64,000 nucleotides of DNA, taken from Octopus sinensis (lineage: Eukaryota). The translations under genes and the position numbers were made by a program. The notes under the pieces were generated by a model, which saw only the letters and a program-made list of their open reading frames with translations, was not told the origin of the DNA and searched no databases. Below, piece by piece: positions 1 through 13,700 of this stretch. Every line of letters starts with the position of its first letter. The first letter of the stretch is position 1. The DNA lies in contig NC_042997.1 of NCBI RefSeq assembly GCF_006345805.1, positions 99,944,001 through 100,008,000 on the forward strand, written 5' to 3'.

Positions 1-328
1 CCCCAATTGTTTTCCCCTAAAATTCCTATGTCCTTGGAATCTACATAGTCTGAGGTATATTTGTAGAGAATTTCTTAACAAATATCCATTTTCTTGAAAG
101 TTAAGATGAATTGAAGTGGACTCCAGTGAATTTTCAGAAATTCACCACCCCAACCCCTCCTAATACACTTTCCCCAAAAATTTTTTATATATTCGCAATC
201 TACATGATATAACACATATTCGTAGAAAATTTCATTAAAAAATATCCATTTTTCTGAAAGTTATCATCATCCAAAGTCGGGTAGGGGGCAGAAATCTGTG
301 GTCATGCCAATTTGTCTACAATATAAGG

Positions 329-1847
329 TCAGCGAAAAGTATGTCTCTGTCCAGGGAAAGAGAGATAGCTGCAGAAAGAGAAGCATGCCAAGAAACGAAC
401 AGACTGTGCACCACAAAAGTTAGAGCATCTCAAAGTGATGAACAGAGGTATGCACGACTGACAAGGAATAGGATCTCCACTGCAGAATGAAGAGCAGTTG
501 CAACAGCTCAGAGAAGCAACTTCTATGAAGCAGCTTTCAATTATGATCCAGCAGTTCATTATGCAGATGACACCAGAGTTTCCATTGGTGCAATGACAAC
601 TGAGTGTATACATTGTAAAGCAAAGAAGTAGTCTGGAGAGACACCTGCACTGTGCTGCAGTGGTGGAAAGGTTAAACTCCCTGCAATCTCCCAACTTCCA
701 GAGCCATTGAAGAAACTGTCAATTGACCAAGATTCCAAGCACTTCAATAAACAAAATTAGACAGTACAATGCTGCACTACAGATGACATCTTTTAGAGCC
801 ACAAGAGATATAACTGAGCCAGGATACATGCAAATTTTCAAGGTCCAAGGTCAGATTTATCATCAGATTGGCTCTCTGCTACCTCTGTCAAATGAAAGAC
901 CAAAATTTCTTCAAATATATTTTATGGGTGATTCTCAACAAGAAGGGCAAGAGAGGTGCAAGAACATTTCTGACATCAAGATGAACATTGTAGTATCTCT
1001 GCAAAAGATGCTGCATAACAACAACAACCTGATCAGAAGCTCCAAGACAGCACTTGAAACAATTCCACCTGACTCCACCAACAGAAAATGAAATAGCTGT
1101 GCTTCTGGTTGGGCAAGAACATGACAAGCATGACATTGTCCTCCATCTCAGAGACAGCACACTGACAGACACAGTCCATCTACAAATGGAAGCTTCCGAA
1201 AATACCACATTCACGGCATTCTTCAAGCTCTTTCAAGATGATGAATTTGCTACAACACTGCTATACAATGAAGTTCCACAATTCTATATCTGGTATCAAA
1301 AGAAATGGATGAGACATGCACTTGGAACACCCACACATCATCCAGGAATCAAGAAATCAGACACACTTAGCAGAGTCTATGTTGTCCATCCCAACTACTC
1401 TGAGTGGTACTATCTAAGGTTTCTGTCACACTATGTCAAGGGACCCACATCATTTACAGCCTTATGTACAGTTGATAACACAGTATGTCAAACATATTGC
1501 CAGGCTTGCCATCTCAGAGGTCTTCTAGAAGATGATGCACACTGGGATACCACTCTGACAGAGGCATAAATGTGCAAGTCTCCTATGCAGCAGAGAAACC
1601 ACCTCTCTGTCAAGGCAACATAATGGGTGAGAATGTCTTCATTCCAAGGATACCTCTCATCTCAAATGATCTCCCCTTTCAGTTCAAGAGACTGTGGTTT
1701 CCTGTCAAACTTAGCTTTGCAAAGTCTATCAACAAAGCACAAGGTCAATCTCTAAAGGTGGTGGGACTTAACCTCCTTCAACCTTGCTCCTCACATGGTC
1801 AGCTGTATGTTGGATGTTCTAGAGTTAGAGATGAAAAGAACCATTGA
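329..1847 (+). mobile_element. Internally deleted, frameshifted Helitron RepHel relic (N-terminal region, post-Rep segment, PIF1 helicase C-terminus)
   Basis: Typical Helitron peptides: CIHCKAKK..GETPALCCSGGKV (~600-680), YNAALQMTSF..FKVQGQIYHQIGSLLP..PKFLQIYF (723-1091), TTFTAFFKL..YYLRFLSHYVKGPTSF..ACHLRGLLEDD (1054-1569), IPRIPLI..FPVKLSFAKSINKAQGQSL..HGQLYVGCSRV (1572-1847). The Rep HUH core and most of the helicase are absent. Confidence 0.9.
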
Positions 1848-2136
1848 GTGTTAAGGTATTACTATTATACTTTCACTTTTCGACTGACATGCATGAATGT
1901 ATACCTGTATAAAAGTGTATAAAAGTGAAACAATAACATGATATATTCGCTGTGTGTGTGTACTCTATGCACAGCCTTTCATTGTTTATAATTTGTACCT
2001 GTTTTTTGGTTACGAAATAAGATAGACAAACTTGTATTTACTTTATATATATATGAGTATTCAAAACTTTCTTTTCCCATTTCACTTAATGACTATGTTC
2101 CATGTTGTAATGGATTGCAGAGCTATGTAGAAAGTT

Positions 2137-2580
2137 GGTAGGTAGGTAGGTAGGTAGGTAGGTAGGTCAGTAGGTAGGTAGGCAGATATGTAGGTAGATA
2201 GGTAGGTAGGTAGATAGGTAGGTAGGTAGGCAGATAGGTAGGTAGGTAGGCAGATAGGTAGGTAGGTAGGGAGGTAGGTAGGTAGATAGGTAGGTAGATA
2301 GGCAGATAGGTAGGTAGGGAGTGAGGGAGGGAGGTAGGTAGGTAGACAGGCAGGCAGGCAGGAAGGAAGGAAGGAAGGAAGGAAGGAAGGAAGGAAGGAA
2401 AGAAAGAAAGAAAGAAGGAAGGAAGGAAGGAAGGAAGGAAGGAAGAGGAAGGAAGGAAGGAAGGAAGGAAGGAAGGAAGGAAGGAAGGAAGGAAGGAAGG
2501 AAGGAAGGAAGGAAGGAAGGAAGGAAGGAGGAGGGAGGGAGGGAGGGAGGATGGATGAATGGATAGATGGATAGGTAGAT
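2137..2580 (+). repeat. Compound purine-rich microsatellite (GGTA)n/(GGAA)n/(GGGA)n
   Basis: Directly visible; explains ORF 2082-2630. Confidence 0.95.
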
Positions 2581-4419
2581 AGAATAACCATCATCATCAT
2601 CATTTTAACATCACTTTTCCATGTTGGCATGAGTCAGAGAGAGTTTATTGAGGCAGATTTTTTACATGTGTATGCCCTTCCTGTCACCAACCCTCACCTG
2701 TTTCTAAGCAAGGTAATAAAAGTAAATATTTCCCAGTGACCAGACATGTCCTAGTAGAATACTGGAAATGGCTCACACGCACAAAGATAGCATGTCTTTA
2801 TGTCTGCCTCTTTCTCCCTTTACTTTGCTTCCATCTCTTCCTCAGCCTTTTTCTTTGTCCTGTTTTCTCTCTCTCTCTTTCCTCCCCTTTTTGGTACAAC
2901 ATGACCATCCCAGTTCTCCATTCAGCTTTCCTTTTTATGCTTGACCATTGACATGTTCAGTCATGGTTCTCCTGGGCTCTCATCATCGCCCTGGGTTTGT
3001 CTTATTTTTCCACGTTTCGTTCTATCTCTCTTTCTATTTCTTCCATCCTTCTACCTTTTTATTTCTATCTTTCTATCACTATACTTTCTTTTTCAAGTCC
3101 TATAGGACATCATTTTCCATTAGCATTACTTTTATCTTTTACCTTTTACCTGTTTCAATCATTTGACTGCAGCCATGCTGGGATACCACCTTGAAGAATT
3201 TTTAGTCATTGATTGACAACTGATGCTGGTGTGTTTATGTCCCCATAACTTAGCAGTTCAGCAAAAGAGAATTAATAGAATAAGTACTAGGTTTACAAAG
3301 AATAAGTCCTGGGGTAAATTTCTTCAACTAAAACCCTTTAAGGCAGTACTCCAACATGGCCACAATCAAATGACTGAAACAAGTAAAAGAGTAAAAGAGA
3401 ATGAATAGACCACAGTATAGTATGCTTTGAAGAAAACTTGGTTGCTCTTTTGAGCAAGGGCAGGTCAAGTGACCCTGCATTGTGGCTTCCTTATTGGTTA
3501 AGTATATCTGCTTTTTATCAAGAGTAATGTTGGATGAAGTCAGAATGGCAGTGGGGAAAGGGAGAGGAGATCATGGAAGAAGGTCATATTAAGGGAAATG
3601 TGCTGGTCAGAATTACATTTAACCTCACTTCTGTTTGTAATGGCAAAGTGACAAGGAGGCAAGGAAACCTTTAAAATAATGCTATCAATCAGAAGGCAGA
3701 GTTAATAATTACAGATGCCCTTAAACACCACCACAACCACACCACAACCACCACATCCCTACTACCTACACTAATTCCACCAACAGCAGCTATATCCACT
3801 TAACTGGTCAGAATAATCTTGAAATAAAACACTGTGCTGGCTCCTTTTGCTTATCATTATTAAGAAGTTGACAACCAATCAAATTAGGATATTCTTTTCT
3901 TTCAAACAACACATGAAATTATGGTAATAACATAACATGGACAGAAAAGAGGAGGTGGAATGAATCTCTGGGTGAAAGAGTGAGAGAGACCAACAATAGT
4001 TCATTATTATTTATTTACTTGTTTATATTTTCAAAGCTTCAACCTTCTTCCTACTATTCAACTATGATGGTTATTGTCAGATGTGATGGAGAAGTGCTAT
4101 TACTGGTTTCCTGTGGGCTAGGAAAAGTATATATGTATTCAATGGATGTGTAGAAGAGCTGATATTAGTAACAAAAATGTGAAAAGTTAAGAGAGCAAAT
4201 GTTTAGGTTGAAGGGGTAACTGTGTATTATTAAAGAAAGAAAAAGACAAATGTACTTCTATACAATATATAATTATTAGCAGATGTCTTTACAATAATAG
4301 TTGATTATTTGATTCACATTTATCTATTTGTCTTACACAGCTGACGTAACAATTTCCAATTTGATGCATTTAAAGTTTACAGATAAGTTCAATTTCAGTT
4401 TCCATCTTTTCAACAAATA

Positions 4420-4820
4420 GGTGCGGGTATGGCTGTGTAATAAGAAGCTTGCTTATCAACCATATGGTTCCCAGTTCAGTCTCACTGCATGGCACCTTGG
4501 GCAAGTGTCTTCTACTATAGCCTCAGGACAACCAAAGCCTTGTGAGTGGAGTTGATAGACAGAAGCTGAAAGAAGCCTGTCATATATGTATATATCTATG
4601 TGTGTGTATCTTTGTGTCTGTGTTTGTCCCAATGCCACCACTTGACAACCAGTGTTGGGGTGTTTACGTCACTGTAACTTAACGGTTGGCAAAAGAGACC
4701 AATAAAATAAGTACCTGACTTGAATAAATAAGTCCTAGAGTTAATACATTTGACTAAAAATTCTTCAAGGTGGTGCCCCAGCATGGGCACAGTCTAATGA
4801 CTGAAACAAGTAAAAGGTAA
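4420..4820 (+). mobile_element. tRNA-derived SINE, family B (head GGCTGTGTGGTAAGAAGCTTGC, tail GACTGAAACAAGTAAAAG)
   Basis: Head and tail recur at approximately 16640-17060(-), 23280-23710, 28490-29020(-), 31095-31460, 35560-35940, 38825-39205(-) and 48615-48990, usually with an internal CA/TA microsatellite. Confidence 0.85.
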
Positions 4821-5059
4821 ATATTCTTTTCTGAATATAGAAGACTACAGAAAAGAGAAAAATATTGTCTGTTTGTTTTGTTTTTTTCTTTTATACATAT
4901 AGGTATGGCTGTGTGGTTAAGAAGCTCGCTTTGCAACCATGTGGTTTCAGGTTCAGACCCAATATGCAGCATCTTAGGCAAGTATCTTCTAATATAGTCC
5001 CAGGCTTACCAATGTCTTATGTATGAATTTGATAAACAGAAACCACATGGTAGTGTGTC

Positions 5060-5119
<60 letters not shown>

Positions 5120-5124
<5 letters not shown>

Positions 5125-5432
5125 GCACCCCATCAATTACAAAAATGAGGGTTCTGGTTGATCCAATCAACAGAACAGCCAGCCCATGAAATTAACATGC
5201 AAGTGGCTGAGCAATCCACAGATGCATGTACCCTTAACGTATTTCTCAGGGAGATTCAGCATGACACAGAATGTGACAAGGTCAGGCCTTTGAATTACTG
5301 GTACAACTCATTTTTGCCAGCTGAGTGGACTGGAGCAATGTGAAATAAAGTGTCTTGCTCAAGGACACAATACATCACCAGGAATTGAGCTCATGACCTT
5401 ACGATTGTGAGCCAGATACCCTAACCACTAAG
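5120..5432 (-). mobile_element. tRNA-derived SINE (head GCTTAGTGGTTAGGG, box-B-like TCAATTCC, core TGTGTCCTTGAGCAAGACACTT)
   Basis: Pol III-like boxes on the minus strand; a related copy lies at ~16030-16250. Confidence 0.7.
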
Positions 5433-5905
5433 CAACATCACACTTTCACTCTGTGTGTATGTGTGTGTGTACAGATTATAGACAGACAGACAAGATAATA
5501 TATATATATACATATATATGAGTGTGTTTGTGTTTGTCCACCCCACCCATTGCTTGACAACTGGTGCAGGTTTGTTTATATCCCCATGAATTGGCAGTTC
5601 AAGAAAAGAGACCAAAAGAATAAATACCAGACTCATTAGTACTGGGGTTGATTTAGTTTTGAGATATCTCTATATATATATCATAGACATCATCATTATC
5701 ATCATCATTGCTTTCACGTCCATTTTTTTCCATGCTTGCAGCTATTCTATGTCTAGATACCCTTCTTGTCACCAACCCTCACCTGTTTTCAAGCAAGGTG
5801 AGATTTGCCCCATGCCCAGACATGTTCCTGCAAAATATTGGATATGAATGACACTTATTTACAACAATCAGAGGATGACAAGGAGACACACACAAACAAA
5901 CATAT

Positions 5906-5957
<52 letters not shown>

Positions 5958-7735
5958 GGCTTCTTTCAGTTTTTATCTGCCGAATGCACTCACATGGCTT
6001 TGGTCAATCCAGCAGTGTAGACGATACTTTTTCTAGGCGCCACACAGTAGGACTGAACCAGAAACCATGTGGTAGCAAAGCAAACTTCTCAATCACATCA
6101 CATCACATCTCATATGCATGCACGCATGCATGCACATACACACACGCACACACACATCTATATCAGTAATTATTTGGACCTTGGGTATATGGTTAGTAGT
6201 ATGCTGATTAGAGCACTTTCCCTGTTTAGGCTGCCTGGTGTCATCCACAGTTTTGATATATCTGTCACTGGATCTACTTCAGCAATCCCGCAATGTTCAC
6301 TGAGTCTATTATAGGCAACAACCTACTGGTTATAACAACATTCCAATCAAAACTGAGTATATTTAGCAAAGTATCTTATTTAAAATAAGACACCAGATGA
6401 GATGCATTCTGCACAGGTGGATGCAACACAACCAGTTGTATGGTATCCCACCCTCAAGGGACAGATGCGAGATGAGCCAAAACAACTGTTGTGTTGAATA
6501 AAGATTCTTGCAAACTCCATTTTCCATTTCCCTCATTCACTGTACACACACACACACTCACACATCCTTTTATTTTTTCTTTTAATTTTTTTACTGGTTG
6601 CAACCACTGGACTGTAGCCATGCATTCAAGCTTACTTTTCAGGAAGCAGATTGCTGCTTTTGATTTTTGGGGTTTTTTTCAACATTCTTGAATTTTTGAT
6701 GGTTGGAAGTTGATCAATAATTGAGTTTGTAGCAGTTGGTCTAACCTGAATTTAACCTTGTTAGAGTTGGCTGCTCTGGTATTCTACTTAGAAGTTTTTC
6801 TTTCATGTTCCAGCAGAGGTCATCCACTTTTATATCTGTGATTTCTTTAGATGAGGTCATCTAAATATCAGACTGTTACAGTGGGGTATCCTTATTTTTG
6901 ATTGAAAAGATGATACATGTAAAAGCTAACAGTATACACCAGTTTGTGTATTAATGTTTTCTTTAAATGCTGGAATTTACATCAAACCCTTCCAAAAAAA
7001 AAATATATATATATATATATATCTTTCTCTGCCATCATTCAACAGAATAGAAATATAGAACTTAAAAGATATTCACAGTAATTGGGGATTTTAACTTAAG
7101 CTATTTTATTAATAAACAATATTTGTAACTCCCCAATTTCTTATAAAATCCCCAGGTGTATTTAAGGACCAAAGCTGTGAACAGAAATCTAATCTACTCA
7201 AAGATCAGGTTTTCCATAAAGTCAACAAAAACATTGGTTCTCTTGCAAGGAATGTTTGCAGGATCAATCCTGTGAGATGTTTGCATTCAGCGGTTAGTGC
7301 GATAATGTATCTGATGAAAGATGCATCATTTGACATAACTGCACCTAATTCTTGTATTGCATCAGAGCTTGGAGTTGCCTTATTCTTCGGAGTTGAATAA
7401 ATTGCCTATTCACTGCCTGCTGTGCCTATTCACTCCATAGTTAAGAACCTGAAATATTGGTGCATTATATTGCATATTATTTTCATCATTATTCATAATC
7501 TTTACTAACACACACACACACATACACCCAGACACACAAACATGTGTATGTGTGTGTGTGAGAGAGTGTGGGGGTGTATACATGCATATATAGGCTTGAA
7601 ACATAAAAGACTTTCTCGTTTTCCAAGCATCAAACTAATACACCTGTCTTTGTCTTTTGTTTTTCTGTAAATTTCAACTATATACATGTTTATATGCATG
7701 AATGAATGAATGAATGAATGAATACATACATACAT

Positions 7736-7774
<39 letters not shown>

Positions 7775-7909
7775 CACCACACACACACACATACATACAT
7801 ACATACATACATACATACATACATACATAATACATACATACATACATACATACATAGACACACACACACTCATTCATTCATTTCCAACATAATACGTTAC
7901 AACTGAAAT

Positions 7910-8017
7910 AATACATTACAACTGAAAGGCTCTGATTTCCAGCACTCAGAGTTACTCATTTCCAGAAATGAGTAACTCTGAGTACTGAAAATCAGAGCTT
8001 TTCAGTTATCATGTATT
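7910..8017. repeat. Spacerless ~54-bp-arm palindrome centred at 7963/7964
   Basis: TACATTACAACTGAAAGGCTCTGATTTCCAGCACTCAGAGTTACTCATTTCC|AGAAATGAGTAACTCTGAGTACTGAAAATCAGAGCTTTTCAGTTATCATGTA, with about 6-7 mismatches. Confidence 0.9.
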
Positions 8018-8155
8018 TAAGAATACTCTACATTTGTATTGAGTCCTGTAATTTATTGCTTTTGGTGAATCAACAGAGATTTATATATATATAACGGTTT
8101 GCAGCTGTACACTCAACATGCAGGACTTGAACACTTATTTGTATATCTTAAACTA

Positions 8156-8239
8156 CCTCTGATGAGATTCAACTTTCAAATAATTTTTAATTTTATTAAT
8201 TAATTTTCTGAAGGTCTAGAATTGAAACAGCTGTAAGAG
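8156..8239 (+). ncRNA. Degenerate type I hammerhead ribozyme motif in a PLE-like terminus
   Basis: CTGATGA 8159-8165; stem II GATTC/GAATT; GAAA 8224-8227; palindromic stem III ACAGCTGT; GUA site at 8235; stem I only partly paired. Confidence 0.5.
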
Positions 8240-8347
8240 ATGTCAATTTTTTAATTAATAAATAATTTATTGTCTCTCTATTTTCTTATCTTATTTATAT
8301 ATACATATAGATAGATAGATACACTCACATATGTATATATGTATACA

Positions 8348-8378
<31 letters not shown>

Positions 8379-8381
8379 GAC

Positions 8382-8605
8382 CGGCGAGCTGGCAGAAACG
8401 TTAGCATGCCGGGCGTAATGCGTAGCCGTATTTCGTCTGTCGTTACGTTCCGAGTTCAAATTCCACCGAGGTCGACTTTGCCTTTCATCCTTTCGAGGTC
8501 GATAAATTAAGTACCAGTTACGCACTGGGGTCGATGTAATCGACTTAATCCGTTTGTCTGTCCTTGTTTGTCCCTTCTGTGTTTAGCCCCTTGTGGGTAG
8601 TAAAG

Positions 8606-8607
<2 letters not shown>
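8382..8607 (+). mobile_element. tRNA-derived SINE, family A (core GGTCGACTTTGCCTTTCATCCTTTC..TAAGTACCAG, Nin-domain-like)
   Basis: More than 10 copies, e.g. 22113-22322, 22337-22555, 26585-26790(-), 31497-31706(-), 33870-34080, 36945-37130, 43296-43505, 45450-45685(-), 61530-61760. Confidence 0.85.
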
Positions 8608-8642
<35 letters not shown>

Positions 8643-9152
8643 CATCAGAAACATGCGTCTGGGAATCTATTCGGGGGAAAGCACTGGAAAGACATTTGGT
8701 TTTACACTTTTTACTATAAAAGAGAATTTTTTCTCAACTGTAACTGCAATGAATTTGCCTTTAGAAGTTAAAATATGTCCCAAACATATTTTAACTAACC
8801 CAAAGTGTGTTTATTCCTAATCACAGCTTTGTTCTAATGTGCTGCTGTATTTATCCCATCCAGGTGGTCCAATAGCACAACTCAGTCGCTGATACTGAGT
8901 GATTTTTAGTCAAAGCTACAGCTTTGAATCTGGCCAGTGTTATCTCTCTTCAGTATTTCCCATTGAGAAAGGCTAAAGAGCCAGAAATATGCATCTGAGA
9001 ATCCAATAGGGGGAAGCACTGGGCAGATATGGTGCTTTTTCACTTTTTACCATAAGGGAGAATTTTTCTCCATTGTAACTACAGTGAATTTGCCTTTGGG
9101 AATTAAAGTATGTCACTAAATATACATGTGTGTGTGTGTGTGTGTGTGTATA

Positions 9153-9196
<44 letters not shown>

Positions 9197-10489
9197 AATT
9201 TTTAATTTAGTAGGTTTGGGAATGACTGTGTGGTTGAGAGGTTAACTTCCAACCAATGATTTTATAATTTTATATATATGTAAGCATAGTGTGTGTATGT
9301 GTATGTGTGTGTAAATTTATATATATACACACACACACAGGTGTGTGTGTATGCATGCATGCTGGCAGTATTGATTGCTTAAATATCTAAAACTGATGCA
9401 CACCATAAACCAATCATCTTAGGAAATTCTACGTGAGATTGTTGGGAAAGTGTATTTAGAAACAAAAACAACTGCTTTTAAATGAAGCCAAGTAGAGTAA
9501 CTATCAGATGTCTTAGTCTATGACACATCGGGGAATCCTGTTTCATAGTGAGAATGGAAGAATATATTATCTCTCTCTCTCTCTTTTTCCATAACCCCCT
9601 CCCCCACCTCTGCCTCTCACTTCAGTCTTTTTCTTCCACTCTGTTATTTTTTTTTGTGTGTGTGTGTGTGTTAATCCCCCCGAGCGACTCCAGGCACATC
9701 TCCCTTTTAGCTAATGCACTTTTCAATTACCAGCTAAATGGATTGATGACTGTAAGATGGTTTCAGTTAAATTGTTTGATTTTTACAGCATTTCATAAGT
9801 AGGCTAGCTGAGAGTATAGATTTCTTCAAGCAAGATGAGTTCAGAGTGATGAATGCCAACCAGCAACAAACACACACACTTACACACACACACACACACA
9901 CCTGTTGGCTGTTGAAAACCATGTATAATCGATTTATTTTCTTTGTGTATCTTTTTAAGGGATTCCTAAATCCTTTGAAAATCTCCACTAAGGAACTACA
10001 AAGATTATCATCATTTTCATTAACATTTTGATAACCATTTTTTGACCATATGTTATCATATATTATCATATAAGCTAGGATTTGAAATTCTTGAAATTCA
10101 ACATTTCCTCATCTTGTCATTGGTCAGATCTCATCTCAACAGTCCTCCTTGAAACAAACTACTTTCCAAAGTTTTTTTTTAAACTTAACTTACAAGGTGT
10201 TTGGACTAAATTTGAAAGTTTGCATAAATGGAAAAGAAAACACAATATATCCCATCCAAAAATAAAAGTATTTTAAAAAATCAAAAAATATCAACTAGGT
10301 TATGGCAGTTTCCGCCATAACCTGAAGACCTCTTTTCATGCAAACTGTCAAATTTAGCCCAAAGACCCTGTGGTTAAATTTTTAAAAAACTTTGGAAAGT
10401 AGTTTGGTCAGATCTCATCTCAACAGTCCCCTTTGAAATAGTGACAAGACGAGGAAATGTTGAATTGCAGGCATTTCAAATCAAAGCTT

Positions 10490-10900
10490 ATACACTGTGT
10501 TCTTTACTATTTCCCCTGGAAGATCTTCAAACACCGCCTTGATCTTGGCTTCCATTTTAGCCTTGATGTTGCAGACAGAGTGGTTAGTGTCTTTCTCAAC
10601 TGTAACCCACACATAGTACTCATGGGATTATAATCAAGGGAATTACAAGGTGAAGCTGAAATTTTTTGGCATCTGTTTTTAACTCTTCCTGGAAGTATGG
10701 CAAGGACATGAATCCTGCTTCCACACATATGGCCTTCAAGCAGCAACCCTCTTCAGTCAGGATTTGAGCACAATCTCTAGTAGCTTCATATAGCTGTTTG
10801 AATTGATCCTAAATCCTTGTTCAAAGATGTGGGTTGGCATGGTGTAATCCTCACTAGAGACACACCCACAGACCATCTTAGTTTGGGGAACTAGGTTTCC
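10490..10900 (-). pseudogene. Tc1/mariner superfamily (maT/DD37D-like) transposase fragment
   Basis: Minus-strand translation PQTKMVCGCVSSEDYTMPTHIFEQGFRINSNSYMKLLEIVLKS*LKRVAA*RPYVWKQDSCPCHTSRKS..EYYVWVTVEKDTNHSVCN, with stops and frameshifts. Confidence 0.8.
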
Positions 10901-11129
10901 ATGATGTCTATATCAAATCTTATAGCCTTCATAATGTTCACAGAGCATTGAGCAACAGTCATGATGTTGACATTTTGATATTCATCATGAATCATCATTT
11001 TCTAATATTCAAATGGCTTCCAGTTCTCCATGCTAGCTAACATTTTTTCAACTACTTTTCTAATCTTTACACTCTTCAAAACCATTGACTGTTCATTAAT
11101 ACATCAAGCTCACATACAAGAGGTAAGGA

Positions 11130-13340
11130 GCTTCAGCCAGAGTCCTCACAAGCAAAGCACATAGGTATAAACTCTTCTGGGAAGGTAATAGTAATGGAAT
11201 TGGGGGTGAGGACATACTTCTTGCAGAGAAATGGGTGGATAAGGTCATAGAGGTAGTGAGGGTGTGTGATAGAGTATTAAACTCAGGCTAGTCTTGAAGA
11301 ATGGTATAGCTACAATTATCTCTGCCGATGCCTCACAAGCAGGCTTACCAAATGAACAGAAGGATCACTTCTATGATATTCTTCTGCAGGCTACCTCAAA
11401 GACAAGTAACAATGACCTCATCTTTGTGGCTGGAGATTTTAATGGGCATGTGGACAGCAACCTAGTATTTTCCATGGTGTACAAGACGCCATGGAGTTGG
11501 TACCAGAAATGAAGAGGGAACTAGGCTCCTGGAGGTCTGCGATGCAAATAACCTATTGATCTGCAACACCAAGTTCAGGAAGCCAGCAAGCCACCTAATA
11601 ACCTATCAATCAGGTGACTCTGCTAGCCAGATTGATTTCATTCTCACCAGACAGCGGGATGCATGGTTGCTCTTAAATACAAAGACCCTCCCTGGTGAAG
11701 AATGTGTCCCCCAGCATAGACCAGTTATTAGTGACTTTAGACTTGGGGCCAGAAGGATGCCAAAAAGCAGATCAATCTGGAAAAGAAGGACTTGGAAGCT
11801 TAAGAACCCTTCATATTGTCAGAGATTTAGGGATAACCTTACTGAAAAATTTGATGATAGGGAGGAGAAGCTACAGTCCTGAGACATAGAAGGCAACTGG
11901 GAATTCTGTGAGACAGTTTGCTGAGTGCCACAGACCAAATCTGTGGCTGGTGCAAAGTCCTTTCCAGACCTAGGGTAACATGGTGGTGTAACATTACTGT
12001 AGACAGGGCCATTAGAATAAAGAAAGAGGCCTGGAAGAGTGGAGATGGCAAGGGACTGTATCAGATAGTTAGAAGGGAAGTTAGGAGACAGGTATATATA
12101 ACCGAGGGAGAATCAGATAAGAAGTTTGCCAATGTTCAGCAACGTGAGGACCAAAGAACTGAAATGTTTCAGATAGCAAGACAGTGTGTGAGAGAAAATC
12201 ATGATGTCATAGGAGAGAAATGTGTCTGCTTAGATGATGGTACACTTGCATTTGATGATTCTGTAAAGAAAGAGGCTTGGAGATGCCGTTATGAAAGACT
12301 GCTGAATGTGGAGAATGAATGGAAGGAGGAGAGTCTGCCAAAGGTTGACCCAATTGAGGGACCAGCTACCCAAATCAACAGTACCCTGATAGATAAAGCA
12401 ATTAAGGATATGAAAACAAGGAAAGCACCTGGCCCATCAGGAATCACCACTGAGATGCTTAAAATATCAGGCAATGTGGGTTAAGGTCTTGTCACCCGCA
12501 TCGTAAATCAGGTAGTTCATGAAGGAGTCATACCCAATGACTGGTGTAGCAGCACCACAGTCAACTGCTACAAGGGAAAAGGTGATGCTTTAGATAGAAA
12601 TAACTACAGGGGTATCAAATTATTGGATCAGGTGATGAAAGTTACAGAGAGGGTCATAGCCCAACTAATTGGGGAGAGAGTCTGCTTAGATGAGATGCAG
12701 TTCAGTTTTGTGCCAGGCAGAAACACCACTGATGCTATATTTCTGGTAAGGCATCTGCAGGAGAAATACCTAGCCAAAGATTAACCATTGTACTTGGCTT
12801 TTGTTGACTTGGAGAAAGCCTTTGACAGGGTCCTCCGGTCCCTTATCTGGTGGTCAATGCGGAAACTGTGAATAGACGAGTGGCTGGTAAGAGCTGTACA
12901 AGCTCTATACAGGGACGCTATCAATAAGGTGAGGGTTGGCAATGAGTATAGTGAAGAATTCTGAGTAGAAGCAGGGATTCACCAGGGATCAGTCCTCAGA
13001 CCCCTCTTATTCATTACAGTCCTCCAGGCAATAACAGAGGAATTCAAGACAGGCTGCCCCTGGGAGCTCCTCTATGTTGATGATCTTGCTCTAATAGCCA
13101 AGTTACTGCCAAAACTAGAGACGAAGTTTAGAGTGTGGGAACAAGGTCTAGAATCAAAGGTTCTTAGAGTTAACCTAGCAAAAACCAAAGTCTTAGTAAG
13201 ACGGCTGACAAATCACAAACCCCTTCAGGTAGATGACCCTGCTTGATCTGTAGAAAAGGTGTGGGTAGAAACTTCATACAATGTACCCAGTATAAGCTAT
13301 GGATGCATAAAAGGTGCAGCAATATCAAAGGAAGGTTATG
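11130..13340 (+). mobile_element. RTE-clade LINE (AP endonuclease plus RT), decayed
   Basis: EN motifs IFVAGDFNGHV, SQIDFIL, QHRPVISD; RT motifs YRGIKLLDQVMKV, FVDLEKAFDRV, GIHQGSVL, LLYVDDL; multiple stops and frameshifts. Confidence 0.92.
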
Positions 13341-13700
13341 AATAAATGTGCATAGACAGTAAGATAAACAAGCCTTAATGAGTCTCTCATTGATGAAGCA
13401 AAACTGGTCATATTAAGCCACACTTGTAGTTGCTGATGTTTCTGTATCTTAACCATGGGTACCTTTTTTCACATCAAGATTAAAATATATGCTTCTTATA
13501 TATACTGAATATTATTTCTGGATAAATGCAAGAACACATGGAAAAGACATAGCCTCCACAAAACTCATTCAGACAACACTTCTAGGAGAGCCATGACAAT
13601 AAAAACTATTACTAAATAGAGAAGACTGATTTTGTCTTATGACAGAAATTGTCTCTACAACCTGTGGCATGAGAAAATACACCTAGTCCACACTCTACAG

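Noticed and set aside
10297-10323. 10-bp hairpin AGGTTATGGC/GCCATAACCT resembling a terminator
   Set aside because: The context is eukaryotic and it sits near the end of the maT relic; there is no U-tract and no supportable function.
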